A stretch of 64,000 nucleotides of DNA from Microthyrium microscopicum. Taxonomy: Eukaryota. The notes below the pieces were generated by a model that saw only the letters and a list, made by a program, of their open reading frames with translations, ran no database searches and was not told the origin of the DNA. Positions within the stretch are counted from its first letter, which is position 1; every line of letters begins with the position of its first letter. The stretch covers positions 2,127,481-2,191,480 of the forward strand of contig MU004232.1 of the NCBI GenBank assembly GCA_010405405.1, read 5' to 3'. A program made the position numbers and the translations under genes. This document shows positions 37,713-49,250 of the stretch, piece by piece.

Positions 37713-39149
37713 ATGGTATTTCTCTCTCGTTCCCTTCCCCGCGCTTCATCAGCCTTGTTCCGCAAACCAACACAATGCCACCCTATTCGACATACTGCAT
37801 ATCGATCACTAACAGCAACCTCTCGCAAACAGGGAAAAGTACTTCTTGTCCTCTACGACGTAAGTCTCTCCATCAAACTCATCTTAATCTCATCTAACTC
37901 TCGTCAGGGCGGCGAACATGCCGACCAACAACCCCTCCTGCTCGGAACAACAGAGCGTGAACTAGGTCTCCGTCAATGGATCGAGTCCCAAGGCCACACC
38001 CTCGTCACGACCTCCGACAAAGAAGGCGAAAACTCCAAGTTCGACCAAGAACTCGTTGACGCAGAAGTCATCATCACCACCCCGTAACTCACCTCCGCCC
38101 TTTCCCAGGCGTTCCTCTCCCCTTCTAACATCTCCCCCAGTTTCCACCCAGGCTATCTAACAGCCGAACGTCTCGCCAAAGCCAAAAAGCTCAAACTCGC
38201 CGTAACAGCCGGCATCGGCTCCGACCACGTCGACTTGAACGCTGCCAACACGACCAACGGCGGCGTAACCGTCGCGGAAGTGACCGGCTCGAATGTTGTG
38301 TCCGTGGCAGAACATGTGGTGATGACGATATTATTGCTGGTGAGAAATTTTGTGCCGGCGCATGAACAGATTGAACGCGGGGATTGGAATGTTGCTGCGG
38401 TGGCGAAGAATGAGTTTGATTTGGAGAATAAGGTTGTGGGCACTGTGTAAGTGATTCTGTTTGACGAGGGGATGTGATGGAATGGTGAGGATGATGGCTA
38501 ATGTGGTACAGGGCCGTGGGACGAATTGGTGAGAGGGTGCTGAGACGGTTGAGGGCGTTTGATTGCAAGGAGTTGCTATACTTTGACTATCAGCCGCTCA
38601 GTGCGGAGGTTGAGAAGGAGATTGGATGCCGTAGAGTCGATACGCTCGAGGAGATGTTGGGACAATGTGATGGTAAGTCAGCCCGCCCCGACCTATTAAC
38701 CATATGCTGACAATACGCTTTCAGTCGTGACCATCAACTGCCCACTCCACGAGAAGACGAAAGGTCTCTTCAACAAAGAACTCATCAGCAAAATGAAGCC
38801 CGGCGCCTGGCTAGTCAACACCGCCCGCGGTGCCATCGTCGTCAAAGAAGATGTCGCCGAAGCGCTCAAATCAGGCCATCTCCGCGGCTACGGCGGCGAT
38901 GTCTGGTTCCCGCAGCCAGCACCAAAAGACCATCCATTACGCACTGCCAAGAACCCATGGGGAGGCGGAAATGCCATGGTGCCGCATATGTCTGGTACCA
39001 GTCTTGATGCGCAGAAGCGGTATGCGGATGGCACAAAAGCTATTCTCGATAGCTACTTCTCTGGCCGTGAAGATTACAGGTTGGAAGATTTGATCGTGCA
39101 CAAGGGCGACTATGCAACCAAAGCATACGGTGAGCGTGCAAAGAAATAA
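37713..39149 (+). CDS. FDH1: NAD-dependent formate dehydrogenase
   Basis: [63 protein letters not shown]; introns 37860-37907, 38084-38140, 38446-38511, 38672-38724, plus an optional intron 37716-37832. Confidence 0.97.
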
Positions 39150-39354
39150 GTATGATAGGTAATAATATGGTATGGATGAGTATATCAAAAGGATAACATA
39201 TACCATGGGCAACCAGTGCCAACCTTAACACGAATGGGGAATTTATCAAAGCAACCTTGCTGTATCAACGAGAATCTCAATCGCTTCGCTTCCAAAAACC
39301 CAAGTGACCAAAATGAAATGCCGTGTCGTAATATCGCCCATACACACCATCTAA

Positions 39355-39886
39355 TTATCTCGGCCTCTCAACATGATCATCCCTCTCTTCATCGCTAGAA
39401 TCCCGAAACCCTTCCTCCAAATCCCGACTTAATCTCGGCCGTTCCTCACCCATCCCTAATCCCTCCCTTAGCCCTCCACGTCTCCGATCAATGCCATCCC
39501 AAACCGCCTCCTCCAATTCCTCATCCTGACTCGCTAAATCATCACCAACCTCACTGCCGCCGGGACTATCTACGCGCCCTCGTCGAGGTCTCAGCCACCG
39601 CTCCGCAAACCGGAAGTTAGGCGAGAGAAAAGTTGGTAAGATGGAGGAAAGAGCGTCTCTCGCACGTGTAGCTATACTGGGTGTTGAAGAGGCGGATTGG
39701 AGAGGTAGGTATTGGGAGTAGCGGGCGATATGTCGGCGGTAGAGGGGAAGGACGGCAAAAAAGAGAACGCAGTATATCAGGGCGGATATAAGTAAAGGGA
39801 CTAGGAGAGCCTGGATATGTGGTTAGAGGGGTTTGGAGAGGGAGGGAGGTGGTGGTATTTACTTTGACAAAGGAGAGGAATGCCAT
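39355..39886 (-). CDS. Small (159 aa) N-terminal TM protein, missed by the ORF track
   Basis: Exon 1 MAFLSFVK (39886-39863), intron 39811-39862 (GTAAAT...CTAAC...CAG), exon 2 ALLVPLLISALIYCVLFFAVLPLYRRH..RYSQYLP ... RLSRDLEEGFRDSSDEE, stop at 39355. Confidence 0.8.
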
Positions 39887-40946
39887 GGCAAGCAAGTGTT
39901 GGTTATGATCTTGTAGGGGTGGGATGCATTGTATTTGTTGTATGGAGCCCGGGATGTAGTGGGCTTTGAGGGTGATGAGGTGAGGCGATTGCTTGTTTGG
40001 TGATGATATGCAACAACGAGTTTGGAGTAGTTGGTATTTTGTCAGGCTGGTATAGCTCTTGTCAGACTGATCATGGTGTTGAGTTTGTATGAGAGGCCTC
40101 AGCAGGGGAGGCACGGCACAGCATATGACGGAAATAGACTAGCGTTGAGCATGCACAAACTTAGTCAGATACACTAATCTGTTTATGATCGTAGCGTGGA
40201 ATCAGCAGCCAGCCAATGTTAGCTGATGGACGATAATTGGCGGAACAGCGACGACAATGCGAGCGAATTGGGAGTAATTCAACGATCAACTTCTTCTCTC
40301 GACTTCTTTTTGACAGAGTTGACCCTGAATCCTCGACGTGGCGTTTCTTCTTCTTCTTTCAAATCGATCGTAAACCGCCGTTCATCTGGTCGCTAAGTTT
40401 GCGGAGAGACCGTGATGCTAAGCGTTATGGTATGGAGGATGCAAGTTGCATGAATGCCCTCCTGTTCCTAAACTGTAAACCTCCTAGTTCCTACAGGTAC
40501 TTCCTACCCACCACCAACTCACCCTACTACTCCCGTTCAACACCACTTCCCTCCCTGGGGCCTGCGCTGCTGCACCTCGACTCAAGACACTCCAGCTCTT
40601 ATCCTTCTTTATCACGTCTGACCTTCTGCATACCTATCTCCCTTTCGTCTCAACTTCTCTCTTTACATCCATACACTCCTTTACTCCTAATCCCTTTTCT
40701 CCGCTCAACAGTCTCACCAAAGTCACCACCACGCGCGCCGAGCCCTCGCATACCTCCACTCCCTTTCTTACACCCGCCATACTCCTCAAGCCTGCCAAGT
40801 CCAAGATCAATGCACTGTCGACCCAGACACGAGCCCCTCTCTCCTTCCTTTCATAATCTCGTATCTCATCTTCTACATCAAAGCAACGCCACATTGAAGA
40901 CATCCCTGCGCGTCTCCTCTTCACCTAGCTAATCCTGCTCCCAAGC

Positions 40947-43900
40947 ATGGTTAGCCAGGATGCCAAATCGAGGCAGTCCTCTGCCGGTAAAAACATGTTC
41001 GGCTTCAAGCGCAGCAAAGAAAAGACAACCTACGATGATATACAAACAGATCTAGGCGCTGTCCCCGGCGGCTCTCACATCTCCCAATACGGCTCACAGT
41101 CCTCGCGTCATTCTGGGAGAAGTACAAATCATGCAAGAAATTTGTCTGCCAATGAAGGGGCTAATGGCCTTGCTGTCAATGCGGGAATCATAACAGCCAT
41201 TCCGTATGATAGTGTCCAGGACGGGGCCATGCCACGAACCGTCGAATACTTGCCAAACGATGAAAGACCACATTCGAGACGAGATCCGCTACCACATCAC
41301 TTGAACAAGGGCGGCGGTGATTTCCATCAATACCCTTCTTTTGATCCCAACAAGATGGCTCCTCCCGCACCCCCAGCGCATGCCCGGCCACACAATGTTC
41401 TGAGAAAAAGTAACGCCAGTACAATGGGAGGTTCTCCATACAACAATACCCAGAGATATACCAACGCTACGAATGGTGGTGATCAATATGCGCCTAGGGG
41501 GTCTTTTGATCAAGCTAGCATTCACTCTACCGGTTCCGGCAGAACATCTGCCATGAATCATCATCCAAATCAATCACAAAGTACAATAGGTTCCGTGGAA
41601 CGAAATGGCAGTGATGTATGGCCTTCTGTGCCGTCGAATTCGGATCGTGATCGACGTGGAACTATGCATTCCACCATGAGCAGCAACTTTTTCCATCATA
41701 CGCCGGCACCGGAAGGCTTCGATTTACAACAACCGGAGGATGATCGCGTTGTGGAACAAATGTTCTTCGAATTGATGGACAAACGTGGTCATAAAAATCT
41801 TCCAGAGCAGGCTCAACGACAAATGATGGCATATCCAACTGAAAAGAAATGGCTTATGATTCACCAAGACAAACTCTTCGAATGGCAAAATAAAAAGAAG
41901 CGGATAACTCAGGTGGAAAGTGGTCAAGTCCCATTATCAGACAATCAAATATACCGCAGAGCGCATGAAGAAGGAAGCCCGGAATGGTATGTGAGGAAAG
42001 TTATGGACAATTCCATCACGGTCAAGGAGCTTCAAAATCTCATTGTCAGCCTTCGGACACAGCCAATTACTTGGGTCAAGGCATTTGTCGAAGCTCAAGG
42101 TCAAATTGCTCTCACTAATGTCTTGGGCAAAATCAATCGGAGACAACGACAGAGTAATGCTCCAGTCACAACCACCTCAACCCAGGAAAAGGATGCCGAG
42201 AAGGAGTACGATATTATCAAGTGTCTAAAGGCTCTTATGAACAACAAGTATGGCGCCGACAATGCCATGTTATATCCTCAAATTATCACTGCGCTTGCCG
42301 GATCACTACTTTCTTCCCGTATCGCTACCAGGAGATTGGTTTCGGAAATCCTCACCTTTTTGTGCTACTGGTCGGATGGCGCTGGCCATGAAAAAGTCCT
42401 CAATGCTTTGGATGTTTTGCGGGGAATGCAAGGTGAGAATGGGCGATTTGATGCTTGGATGCGCCTATTCGAGGTTACCATTGATGGCCGCGGAAAAATG
42501 GGCAGTCTTGTTGGAGCCAGCGACGAATACCGCACTGGTGGACTAGGCATGGAAAATATGCTCATGGAGTACGCTCAATCGACGATGATTTTGATCAACA
42601 TGATTGTAGACACTCCAAGAGATGTCAATGTCCGGGTTGGCATAAGAACGCAATTCACTAGTACTGGAATTAGGCGTATAATGACCAAGCTGGAGGCCCT
42701 TCAGTATGACCCCGTCGACAAACAAATAGAACAGTACGAGTCGAACGAGGCCATCGATTACGAGGATTTGTTGGAACGCGACAGCGATAGTATCGAAGAT
42801 GGTCAAGAACTTCCCGTTCGAGACTTGTCAGATCCATTTCAAATTGTCGAGGCGATTCAAAAGAAAGTTGCTGATAGCGAAGCATACAATCCGTTTGTGT
42901 CTGCACTGCAGAACATGCTTCTCATGGTTCAGAATGACTCTGGCGATTCTCTACGATCCTACAAATTAGCAGATTCCATGCTCAATTATGTTGCCATGGA
43001 CCGCCGTTTACCGGATATGGAGTTGAAACAGGCTCTTAACTTTACGGTTCAGAACCTGCTAGACAAACTGTACACCGATTCCGAAGCTCGACAAGCCTCT
43101 GAGGATGCCGTCGCTGCTAGGCAAATTGCCGATGCTGCCATTTCTGAGCGTGATGAAGTTCGCTCGCAGGTTGCAATGGGCGCCGATGGACTGGTTGCCA
43201 AACTTCAAAAGCAACTGGCTGAACAACAAGCGATTATTGATCTTCGTAGCCGGCAAGTCGATGCTCTTAAGGCTGATATAGCCGAACAGCAACGCCTGCG
43301 TGCACAAGAACTTCAACGTAATGAACTCGAGACTCGAGAGCTATATCTCATGCTGAAGGACGCACAACAAGCCGCGGCATCATTAGCAAAGAACACGAAG
43401 CCAGATGGCACACCTGTCGCCGATCCAATTCAAATGCAGGGTATTCTCGATCGCCAGAAGCTGATGGAGAGACTCGAAATGCAATTGGAGCGCGCGAAAA
43501 CGAGAGCCAAGTTGGAAGGCAAGGCCTGGCAACAAGTTTCGCCCTCGGATAGGCTTAGAGAACTTCGTGAGAAGATGGATGGCGATTTGGATGATCGCGA
43601 GGAAGAACTTCGAAAGTTTGAGGCTATGCATGATGGTAACTTCCTTTCGTCTCGAGTGTCCCGCGGTGGAGCAGCAAGAATACCGAGAAAAGCCGTTCCT
43701 AGCTCATTGGCCAATGAGCTTGAGATGCAAGTAGAAGAGGATGAGGATGACACCGTGTACGAGCAAGCTCGTCTCATAGATGTCGGCGGTCGACCGAAGC
43801 TGCCAACTGGCCTGTTGTCGCAGATAGAATCCAAGCGACAACAAGACGGTGGTAGCGACGAGGAGAGTGTAGAAGCCGATGGCGTTACCACAGGTACAAC

Positions 43901-46260
43901 CCATCCAAGTATGGATGCCGATGCTCCACAAACTCCTGCAGATGACAAGACTCCTATCGCTGGTGGAAAGGCACTTCCTGGCTTTACATCTAATGCTCCC
44001 CCTCCCCCTCCACCACCTCCACCCTCGAATTTGGATAGTACCACTGCTCTCCCTGGATTCTCCTCTGGCGCTCCTCCTCCACCTCCACCACCTCCAGGTG
44101 GTTTACCTGGATTCCGATCTGGTGGCCCCCCGCCTCCGCCGCCTCCACCTCCCGGCCGAGGTGGTCCTCCTCCTCCTCCAGCACCGCCTCTTCCAGGTGC
44201 TCTACGGGGACCAGGTGGCTTTTTGCCTCGAGCCATGCCCGGATTACCCACTACAGTACCAGCTCTCGGGGTCGCAAGGCCAAAGAAGAAGCTCAAGGCT
44301 CTTCATTGGGAAAAGGTCGATGCTCCATCTGTCACTGTCTGGGGATCTAGTGGTCTATCACTCGATGGACGAGAAGAGAAATATCGCGAGTTGTCCAGAA
44401 AGGGTGTCCTTGATGAGATTGAACGCCTCTTCTTGGCCAAAGAGATCAAGAAGCTTGGTGGTGGAGTCAAAAAGGACGACAAGAAATCGATCATCTCCAG
44501 CGATTTGTCCAAGACATGGCGTAAGTCTTTCTTCAGCGTAAATGGAGTACTGCTAACCAGTTCCAGAAATTTCCTTGGCCAAATTCTCTCAACGGTCCGT
44601 GGAAGACATTGTTGCAATGGTTCTGCATTGCGACGATGAAGTCCTTGATAATCCTGTTGTTATGGACTTTCTACAGCGCGATGATCTGTGTAATATCCCA
44701 GAGAATGTTGCGAAACAGATGGCTCCATACAGCAAAGACTGGACTGGTCCCAAGGCCTTGACGTCAGCTCGGGAACAGGATCCATCAGAGCTGACTCGTC
44801 AAGACCAACTGTACCTGTACACTGCTTATGAGCTTCATCACTATTGGAAAGCAAGAATGCGAGCTCTCTCTCTAACCCGAAGCTTCGAACCAGACTACGA
44901 CGAGCTCTCTGCCAAACTCAAAGACATTGTTATAGCATCAAATGCGCTCCGCGACTCGACCTCGTTCATGAATCTTCTTGGCAATATCCTACTGATAGGA
45001 AATTTTATGAACGATGTTAATAAGCAAGCAACCGGCTTCAAGATAACATCTCTAAGCCGACTTAGCATGGTGAAGGACGGTAACAACGAAAACAGCCTTC
45101 TCGATGTCCTTGAACGATCTATTCGTCAGAAATGGCCAGAGTGGGAAATATTCCTTGAAGACCTCGCTGGTGTCGTCACTATCCAAAAGATCAATGTCGA
45201 TCAACTCATTCAAGACTCTAAGCGCTACATTGACAATATCACCAACGTCCAGGCAAGTCTCGACTCTGGCAGCCTGAGTGATCCCAAGAAGTTCCACCCC
45301 GAGGATCGCGCCACTCTCGTCGCCCAACGTAGCATGAAAGATGCCCGCCGTAAGGCCGAGCAGCTACAAATCTACCTCGAAGAAACAACAAGCACATATG
45401 CCGACATCATAGCATTCTTCGGCGAAGACCCAACTGACGAAAATGCTCGCCGCAACTTCTTCGCCGCCTTTGCTGACTTTGTGCGCGAATGGAAGAAAGC
45501 ACGCGACAAGAACATGGGCGTCGAAGACACTCGTCGCCGTAACGAACAGAGCATGAAGCGCAAACAGACCGCCGTGGCCGCCGCCGCTGCTAACAGCAGT
45601 GCTAGCGACGTGCCCGGTAGCCCTGGCGCTTCCTCTGGTGCCATGGACGACTTGATCGCCAAACTACGCGCTGCTAAACCAGAGGCTCGCGACCAGCGTG
45701 ATCGTAGAAGACGGGCTAGGCTCCGTGAAAAACACGCTGTGCGCGTGGCGAGTGGGCAAAAGATGCCGGACCTCGCAGCACTCGTCAAGAGCCCTGGCGA
45801 GTCTGCTGTCACACCTGATGGCCTACTCAGTCCCACGAGCGAGATTAGCGAGAACGTTTCTGTGGCTGGAACTGACGATGCGGACGTCGAAATGTCAGAC
45901 GTTGATGTCGCTGACCGTGCGGCGGAATTACTCCAGGATATGGGTGGGCCGGATGAGGAAGAAGCCCCTAGCAAAGACGACGGTGGCGGGTTACGTGTGA
46001 GTCGCCGACGCGAGAATGCACTTGATGAGCGCGCGAAAAGACGGCAGCGGCGACAGCAGGCAAGAAGTGAGATATCAGTTGGTAGCGCCAGCACACGGGT
46101 CGAGGGCGAAGACGGCGACGAAGGTCTCGCGAGTCCAAGAAGTCCAAGGAAGAGTGCGGCGCTATTGACGCCTGCCAGTCCGGACAAGAAGATGGAGATG
46201 CCAGTGACGATAGTCAGCCCACCAAGTCCGGAAACCAGTCACGCAAAGGAGGAAGACTAA
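40947..46260 (+). CDS. sepA: Diaphanous-related formin (SepA/Bni1)
   Basis: GBD/FH3 (SLRTQPITWV..F, IIKCLKALMN), poly-Pro FH1, FH2 (KKLKALHWEK, GNFMN, GFKITSL), DAD (AMDDLIAKLR + basic); intron 44521-44566. Confidence 0.96.
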
Positions 46261-47042
46261 ACCTCTTCTCGTTATTTTTGTGTTTGTATAACAGCAAGGT
46301 GTGTGCATGTTGTCGATTTTGCATTGCGTGCATCGCGGGTGGCACTACTCTAGAGACGAAACATCTATTCACATCTGGCTTTGCGCATACCTTTGTTTTC
46401 TGGCCGGTTCTTTTGAGGCCTTTTTTCTTGTTTATATTATAAACACGGGTGTTGCGAGGGAAGCCCGGGCATGGAAATGTGTTCATGGTTTGGAGTGCTT
46501 TTGGCGTTTTTTGGTCATTCTGCGGGTGGCAGACAGGCAGGTATGCAAAGCGTGGCGGTGTGTGTGCTGTTTTTATTCTCCCTTTTCTTTTCTCTCTTCC
46601 TAGGTTACTTGGGTATCATTTTAATGCGATCATTTGAGGCTCGATTGCGTATCCGTATTGGTTTTTATCTGAAGGTGGGAAAGCGCACAGATCGTGCATC
46701 GTATGGCCTTATCCGAGAGACAGAGAGTGCCCCTATCAATTTCCATGGCTTCCATCAAGATACGACACTTTCTGCCACGGAAAGCAATGAAAAAATAAAG
46801 CCCCTTTTGTTTACTAGCTATCATACGAACCAGCTCAGCGAAGCTACTGAGCATATACCAGTCATTTTGTCTAACAATTGAAGGTCCTACAAGTTTGGGG
46901 GCCAAATACATGCAAGTCATTCTGTCTTGCCGCTCGCTCCAACGTCACCATGCTGCCACAGCTTCGTGTTGAGTTTTGCCTACCTCATGATACAGCGTAG
47001 TATATACTTTGACGCTATCTAGGCCAGTCAGACTCGGAAGTG

Positions 47043-48329
47043 ATGGCTATAGCAAATCCAGATTCACCATGGACATATCTAGCCGTGAAGGAATATTTTG
47101 CGGAGAAGCTCTTCACCTCCAAGGATAGGAGAGAATACTCCCGCAAAGGCGGTCTCAACACGCCAGACCTTCAGCTAAGGCACTTAGTTGGTATCGAAGA
47201 GCATCCGATGCGGCGAAGATTCAAAGCCTTATTTCGACGACGACGAAGCTTTCGCGACTGGCAACTACACTTTCAGCGAAAGGCTGCCAGATCGAAGATA
47301 CCACAACATCTCTCACAAGCCACAAACGAGAACTTGAAACATGGGTTTATGAGCTTACCAGTCGAGGTGATGGACATGATTGAGCATCATTTATCCCTGA
47401 CCGACAAGATCTGTCTACGGCTGACCTGCCGTCAAATGTTCACGGGACTTCCATGGCCAAAAGGGCAGCCGTATAGGAAGAGGAGAGGCCGTATGGTGGC
47501 AACAACACAAACGTCAGCTGAGTACGATCCACATGTTCAGTCAATTCGAAGTGCTCTGGATCTGAACCGTTGGAAGAAACTCATTCAACTTGAGAAAGAA
47601 GGCAAGCTCGCTGTCAAAGTCGAGGGTAAAGCTTACAAGATGTTTTACTGTCAAATCTGTACAACTGCTCACATCGAGCCCTATTTTTGGCCTCATCGTT
47701 ATGCACGTGGCTTCACGCATCAGCCCCAGCCTGGAACCCGCGTGTGCGGAACTTACGATGCCATTTCCCCTGAGATCTTGGCCACAGTCCATCAGCTCCA
47801 AGGAGAAAAGGACGAGCGTTGTATACTGAAAGCCTTGTTCCACTTACCAAATCGAATGACAATACGTCGAAAAGTACGCCTAGGTTATTACCGAGGAGAG
47901 GAAGTTGTTTTGAGGAGCAACGATCCCATGAAAGACTTCATCCGCAACATTCCGTTATGTGTGCACGCATACGGGGACAATTCTCATGAATTTCACGCCC
48001 TCATGAAGCTAGCGAGTGACCGACCACGCGTAACAGGCTTTGTAGAACAAGGTACTCGCGAAAGCATTTCCTCGTGGAGGCGTGGACGCTTTGGACGGTA
48101 CACATTCGAGTCTGTTTGGCTTTGTAAACGGCCGCAGTGTCGATGCAAGATACGATTCGTGGCTGAGACAAACTGGGTGGCTGGCATACCACTGAAGAAT
48201 ATAAGCTTTATGCCAGTGTACATAGAGATGAGGAGGACGATTACGGTACCGCGGCATGTTAATTCTAGGGGATGGCGGCGGGAGGTTATGGCACAGCGAG
48301 AGAACTATGAGCAACATAAATGGTTGTAG
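47043..48329 (+). CDS. F-box domain protein with unrecognised Cys/His-containing C-terminus
   Basis: FMSLPVEVMDMIEHHLSLTDKICLRLTCRQM F-box pattern; long ORF. Confidence 0.7.
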   Translation: MAIANPDSPWTYLAVKEYFAEKLFTSKDRREYSRKGGLNTPDLQLRHLVGIEEHPMRRRFKALFRRRRSFRDWQLHFQRKAARSKIPQHLSQATNENLKHGFMSLPVEVMDMIEHHLSLTDKICLRLTCRQMFTGLPWPKGQPYRKRRGRMVATTQTSAEYDPHVQSIRSALDLNRWKKLIQLEKEGKLAVKVEGKAYKMFYCQICTTAHIEPYFWPHRYARGFTHQPQPGTRVCGTYDAISPEILATVHQLQGEKDERCILKALFHLPNRMTIRRKVRLGYYRGEEVVLRSNDPMKDFIRNIPLCVHAYGDNSHEFHALMKLASDRPRVTGFVEQGTRESISSWRRGRFGRYTFESVWLCKRPQCRCKIRFVAETNWVAGIPLKNISFMPVYIEMRRTITVPRHVNSRGWRREVMAQRENYEQHKWL

Positions 48330-48629
48330 TGAAGCACACACAGCGGGTTCTCAAGTTGTGATATAAGAGCTTTAAACTCCCATCGAGTGACCTAAACTAT
48401 GAAATGCTATGGGATTCATCAGTTGCAAATCTGAACTGCCTTTTTCAAGGATGTAGTGTGGTACAATAGACATTGTAATGTGTGCGAATATGTCGAGCAA
48501 ACACTGGACTGGCCAGCAAGAATTATGATAGGAGTAAATAGTTTTGATCATATTCAAAGGCAAATTCTTGAGTATCAATTACATACAAAACAGCGCAAAG
48601 GTCGTGGCCACGTTCCAAGGTCACACAAC

Positions 48630-49250
48630 CTAATTCTTCCTGTACTCAGCGATCGCTTTATCAAACAATGCCTTGATTTGGGTCTTAGCGTTCTGTCCCA
48701 TGGCATAGTTTAGCCAGTTCTCCTGGTTGAGGATGGCATCCAAGAACAATGATGATTCCGATTGAGCCAAAGTAAGGCCGTCAATAACGGCATTCTTAGC
48801 ACCCAACACCTGGGCTGCTGGCTTTGCGGCAATCCAAGCGGTCATGGCAGTCGAGATTTGATTGGCCATTGGACCAAGTTGCATGGCAATTGTCATGGCT
48901 TGTCCTGCGTAGATGCCATTGTTGTTGGCGTTGATACTGGCAGCACCAGTCCGTAGCGCTTCAACGACATTGCGGTTCTCTCGGAGGGCGTCTTGGAGAA
49001 ATCGGGTGGCAGAGTCCCCGTCTGAGCCGGTACCCTTTGCCATAGCTTGGTTGAGTACTTTGACTGATGCGACTACTTTGTCGACACTTGACTGGACGAC
49101 ATCAACGCTTTGTTTGCCGAACCAAGAGGTAGGGAAGCCCCAGGCTTTGGTAGCTTCAGTAGATTGTGTAGCCTCAGTAGCAGCTTGTGCTGGTGCGGCG
49201 AGAGTAGTGCTAGCCAATAGGCCGAAGACTTGAACGATTGCGAGTTTCAT
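48630..49250 (-). CDS. Secreted helical protein, HsbA/Mp1-like hydrophobic surface-binding family (tentative)
   Basis: Signal peptide MKLAIVQVFGLLASTTLA-AP; Ala-rich amphipathic helices; no Cys; C-terminal I...FDKAIAEY. Confidence 0.7.
   Translation of the reverse strand: MKLAIVQVFGLLASTTLAAPAQAATEATQSTEATKAWGFPTSWFGKQSVDVVQSSVDKVVASVKVLNQAMAKGTGSDGDSATRFLQDALRENRNVVEALRTGAASINANNNGIYAGQAMTIAMQLGPMANQISTAMTAWIAAKPAAQVLGAKNAVIDGLTLAQSESSLFLDAILNQENWLNYAMGQNAKTQIKALFDKAIAEYRKN

Noticed and set aside
37860..37907. Second FDH intron is also 3n and stop-free
   Set aside because: Strong GTAAGT donor and normal 48-nt size; retention would disrupt the catalytic domain; likely chance
40237..40932. 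231-aa ORF upstream of the formin
   Set aside because: TTG start and low-complexity Pro/Ser/Leu translation of a CT-rich 5' leader; no family signal
43430..46187. Long antisense ORFs (Gly-rich 288 aa; 271 aa)
   Set aside because: Shadows of the formin FH1 and C-terminal coding sequence
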